From the human T2T-CHM13v2.0 reference genome, Homo sapiens: a stretch of DNA of 64,000 bases. How positions within the stretch are numbered: position 1 is the first letter of the stretch; the number at the start of each line of letters is the position of its first letter. The stretch lies in assembly GCF_009914755.1 (NCBI RefSeq), contig NC_060934.1; one strand, written 5' to 3'. Under the pieces are notes generated by a model. That model was not told where the DNA came from. It was given only the letters and a program-made list of their open reading frames with translations, and did not search any database. The position numbers and the translations under genes are program-made. This document shows, piece by piece, positions 59,990-64,000 of the stretch.

Positions 59990-61230
59990 CATCCTATTTA
60001 ATAAATGGTGCTGGGAAAATTGGCTAAATATATGCAGAAGAATGAAACTTGACCCCTACCTCTCACCAGCTACAAAAACTGACTCAAGATGGATTAAAGA
60101 CTTAAATGTAAGACTTCAAACTATAAAAATCCTAGAAGAAAACCTAGGAAACACTCTTCTGAACATCAGCCTAGGCAAAGAATTTATGACTAAGTCCTCA
60201 AAAGAAAACACGACAAAAACAAAAATTGACACGTGGGACCTAATTAAACTAAAGAGCTTCTGCACAGCAAAAGACACTATCAACAGAGTAAACAGACACT
60301 CTACGAAATGGGAGAAAATATTAGCAAACTATGCATCTGACAAAGGACTAATATCTAGAATCTATAAAAAACAAATCAACAAGAAGAAAACAAATTACCC
60401 CATTAAAAAGTGGGCAAAGGACAGGGACAGGTATTTCTCAAAAGAAGACATACAAGCAGCCAACAAACATATGAAAAAATGTTCAACATCACTAATCATT
60501 AGAGAAATGCAAATCAAAACCTTTCGCACCAGACAGTATGGCTGTTATTAAAAAGTCAAAAAATAGCAGATGTTGGTAAGGTTGTGGAGAAAAAGGAACA
60601 CTCATATGCTGTTGGTGGGATTGTAAATTGGTTCAGTCCCTGCGGAAAACAGTGTTGAGATTTCTCAAAGAACTAACAATAGAACTCCCATTTGACCCAG
60701 CAATCCCATTACTGGGTGTCTATCCAGTAGAAACCCAAAAGAAAATAGATCATGCTACCTAAAAGACACCTGCACTCACAAGTTTATCACAGCACTATTC
60801 ACAATAGCAAAGACATGGAATCAACCCAGGTGCCCATCAGCGGTGAACTGGGTAAAGAAAATGTGGTACATATGCACCAATGGAATACTATGCAGCCATA
60901 CAAAAAACAAAATCATGTCCTATGCAGCAACATGGATGCAGCTGGAGGCCATTATCCTAAGTGAATTAATGCAGGTACAGAAAACCAAATACCACATGTT
61001 CTTACTTATAAGTGAGAGCTAAACATTGAGTATACATGGACACAATGATGGGAACAATAGGCACTGGGGCCTCCACAAGGACAAAGGAAAGGGTTGAAAA
61101 ACTACGTATTGAGTACTATGCTCCCTATCTGGGTGATGGGTTCAACTGAAGCTCAAACCTCAGCATCATGCAATATACCCATATAAAAACCTACACGTGT
61201 ACCACCTGAATCAGACATTTTAAAAAATAA
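59990..61230 (+). mobile_element. 5'-truncated L1 (L1PA16/L1PB-type): ORF2 C-terminal remnant and 3'UTR
   Basis: ORF 59979-60551 ([35 protein letters not shown]) is L1 ORF2p and is then disrupted. Candidate TSD a(g/a)atatgt(c/t)attttc at 59975-59989 and 61230-61244. Confidence 0.93.
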
Positions 61231-61473
61231 AATATGTTATTTTCTGAAATTGATTTTGTTTTTTTCAGTGCCTAGTAGCAGACAGCCAATAAGAGACACA
61301 AAGATCTTGCTAACACTGGCAAGAAGCTCTGCAAAGAACTATCCCAAGAGGAAGAGCTATGGAAATCACAGGACTTCATCAAGAACAAGAAAGAAAGAAA
61401 AGGCTATTGGTGTGTGTGCTAAAAGGAGGCTTCTAATATTACCCATTTAAAAATCTTTGATAAAATGTCATTT

Positions 61474-61815
61474 GTCTTAGTTCAGGTGGCTATAACAAAG
61501 TGTCATAGAAGGAGTGGCTCATAGTTCTGGAAGCTGGAGGTCTGAGGTCAGGGTGCCAGCATGGTCAGGTTCAGTGATGGCCATCTTCCTCTTCCAGGTC
61601 ACAGACAGCCATCTTCTCCTGGTATCCTCACATGGAAGAAAGAGGGCTGGAGAGCTCTCTGGGGGCCCTTTAATAAGGGCACTAATACCACTTGTGAGGG
61701 TTCCATCCTCATGACCTAGTCACATCCTGAAGGCCATACCGTCTAATACCATCACATTAGAGGTTAGGATTTCAACAGATGAGTTTTAGGGGAATACAAA
61801 CGTTCAGTCCATAAC
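61474..61815 (-). mobile_element. MLT1A-type MaLR LTR
   Basis: tgtcttagttcaggtggctataacaaa...ctaataccatcacatt...cattcagtccata pattern. Confidence 0.8.
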
Positions 61816-62126
61816 TTCGCTCAACACTCAAAGTAGTTAACAGTGACCCCTTCTCTTGTGTGCTTTTTCTAACTAATCAATTGCCTCGTCCTGTCAATTG
61901 TCATGACACATTTGCTGGATTGTGTCTCACATTTGTCCTTTTCTTTTTCATTCCCAAGCAACTTCACCCATAGACTGCAGAGATAACCTCAAAATCTTTG
62001 TTTATGAATGACTTAATTTCTTTATTACATAAAGTATATATGTTCATTGTAGATGCTTTACAAAAATCAGGTAAGCAAAAAAGAAGAAAAAAATTAATGT
62101 CTTGAATCCCACCACTTTGAAATAAC

Positions 62127-62420
62127 TTTTTTTTTCTGAGATAGGTTCTTGTTCAGTCGCCCAGGTTGGAGTGCGGTGGTGCGATCACAGCTCCCTGCAG
62201 CCTCTACCTCCTGATCTCAAGCCATCCCCCCATCTCAGTCCCAGTCTCAGCTGAGACTACAGGCATGTGCCACCAAGCCCAGCTAATTTTTGTAATTTTT
62301 TGTAGGGCGGGGTTTCACCATGTTGCCTAGGCTGCTGTCAGACTCCTGAGTTCAAGTAATTTGCCTGTCTCGGCCTCCCAAAGTGCTGGGATTATAGGCA
62401 TGAGCCACTGTGTCCTGCCT
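62127..62420 (-). mobile_element. AluJ
   Basis: Alu consensus. TSD ttgaaataa. Confidence 0.87.
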
Positions 62421-62554
62421 TGAAATAATTTCACTTAATATTTTGGTATATATACCTCTGTCTGTGCATATTAATGGAATTATGCTGCAATACTGTTTGT
62501 AATTAACTGCATATCATAAATATTTTTTCATGTCAATAGACTTTAACAATATTA

Positions 62555-62634
62555 TTAGGTTGGTGCAAAAGTAATTGCGGTTTTTGCCACTAAAAGTAAT
62601 GGGGAAAATCGCTATTATTTTTGTACCAACCTAA
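62555..62634. mobile_element. Full-length MADE1 (80-bp Hsmar1-derived mariner MITE)
   Basis: TTAGGTTGGTGCAAAAGTAATTGCGGTTTTTGCCA...CCAACCTAA, exactly 80 bp, palindromic, with TA on both sides (62553-62554 and 62635-62636). Confidence 0.95.
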
Positions 62635-63770
62635 TAGCTGCGTAGCTTTCTATTTTACAGATCTAATACCATTTATTTACTCAACCTCCTACTATTAAGT
62701 GTCTAGGCTATTTCTGATCTTTTACTTTTATACCCACACTCATGGTAAGCACCCTTGCAACTATATTAATCACATACATTCTTAATTATTTCTCTAAGAT
62801 GAATTCATAAAAGCAGAATTGTGGGGTCAAAGCCTATACACATTTTTAGGTTGTTTGATAATAAGCCAAATGCAATAAAGTATCTTAATCTGTATCCCAA
62901 TGTCCAGTATTCTGTTTTCCTCCAACTTATCTTCCTCCTTAAGTTTGTAAAGAAGAACACTAATAATGTTGCCTCCCACTTCAAAAATTGTCCAGGATTC
63001 AAAATCCTCAGTCTAGGCTTTGAAGCCCTTCTAATCTGGGCCCGGCCCACCTTTTCAGGGTCACCTCTCACTGTCCTCCCTGTATTACCCTACACCCCAT
63101 GCTATTGCTTCTGAACACTCTTGATTTCTACCCTGTCTTCAGCCACACTAGATATGATCCCTTTCGTGAACTCCGATAGCCATGTACACGTGCCTCACTT
63201 CCAGCATTAATTGTATTCTGTTCTATGTCTCATGGGCTTTTTACGCACTAGTCTTACCTCCCTTCCCACACCACAAGTGCTTGTAATGCTGGGACCACCC
63301 CCTGAGTCCCCGACAGTAGAAGTGTAACTGTCAGAATTGTCTTGGTGATGCTGCAGTAACAACAACCCTCAGGTCTCCGAGGCTGAAAACAAGACAAGTT
63401 TATTTCTCATCATGCTACATGTCCATCTCGGGTCATCCAGGGGCCTCTGTTACATGACATCCTCACTCTGGGATTCAGGGGCCCTTTCATCTGAAACTGA
63501 TGTGGCAGCAGAGGGAACAGAGACCTGGAGAGCCTCCCGTTGGCAATTAATTGTTCCTGTCTGAAAGTGATATTTCTGCCCACAAACCATTTGTTAAAAT
63601 CAGTCACATGGCTGTACCAGAGGGAGGAAGAGTAATCTTCCCATGTAACTGGGAGAAGGAAACAATCATATAATATAAGGGGAACTTGAAGTCTCTATCA
63701 CAATAGCTAGAATGGTGCCTTGCTTGTAACAGACAATCAATAGACAAATGTTGAAAGAATGAACAAATGA

Positions 63771-64000
63771 GGCCAGGTGAAGTGGCTCACACCTGTAATC
63801 CCAGCACTTTGGGAGGCCAAGGAGGGCAGATTACCTAAAGAGTTCGAGACCAGCCTGGCCAACATGGTGAAACCTTGTCTCTACTAAAAATACAAAAAAA
63901 TTAGCCAGGTATGGTGGCATGCACCTGTAATCCCAGCTACTCCGGAGGCTGAGGCAAGAGATTCGCTTGAACCCGGGAGGCGGAGGTTGCAGTAAGCCAA
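63771..64000 (+). mobile_element. AluS, cut by the window end
   Basis: Alu consensus. Confidence 0.9.

Noticed and set aside
59979-60551. 190-aa ORF
   Set aside because: Remnant of L1 ORF2p in a 5'-truncated, disrupted element, not a gene.

Overview
This is human (primate) genomic DNA, recognisable as the FFAR4 (GPR120)/RBP4 locus. The chr10q23 location between CEP55 and PDE6C is recalled, not derived from the sequence. Bases 1-20300 are repeat-rich intergenic DNA (Alus, ERV1 and MaLR LTRs, MIR, L1/L2 remnants, DNA transposons). FFAR4 is on the + strand with coding exons 20675-21241, 30045-30173, a 48-nt cassette exon 33113-33160, and 41173-41562. These give 361 aa (short) and 377 aa (long). 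RBP4 is on the - strand, convergent with FFAR4: a non-coding exon 1 plus 5 coding exons (606 nt, 201 aa), all with canonical GT-AG junctions. I found no prokaryotic-type systems (CRISPR etc.) and no convincing new protein-coding gene. Nearly all other ORFs in the track are Alu-, L1- or GC-shadow ORFs. The most interesting observations are: (1) a ~190-bp unique-sequence duplication apparently pasted into an old L1 from a source bracketed by inverted (TG)n/(CA)n; (2) a composite Alu-flank-Alu block with a single TSD, resembling an Alu 3' transduction; (3) an overlapping uORF in the FFAR4 leader; (4) a signal-peptide-less RBP4 N-terminus whose junction looks like a microhomology template switch; (5) a distal FFAR4 acceptor that would nest RBP4 inside an FFAR4 intron; (6) inverted Alu pairs and a solo LTR between the convergent 3' ends. 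Repeat subfamily names come from recalled consensus sequences and their boundaries are approximate.
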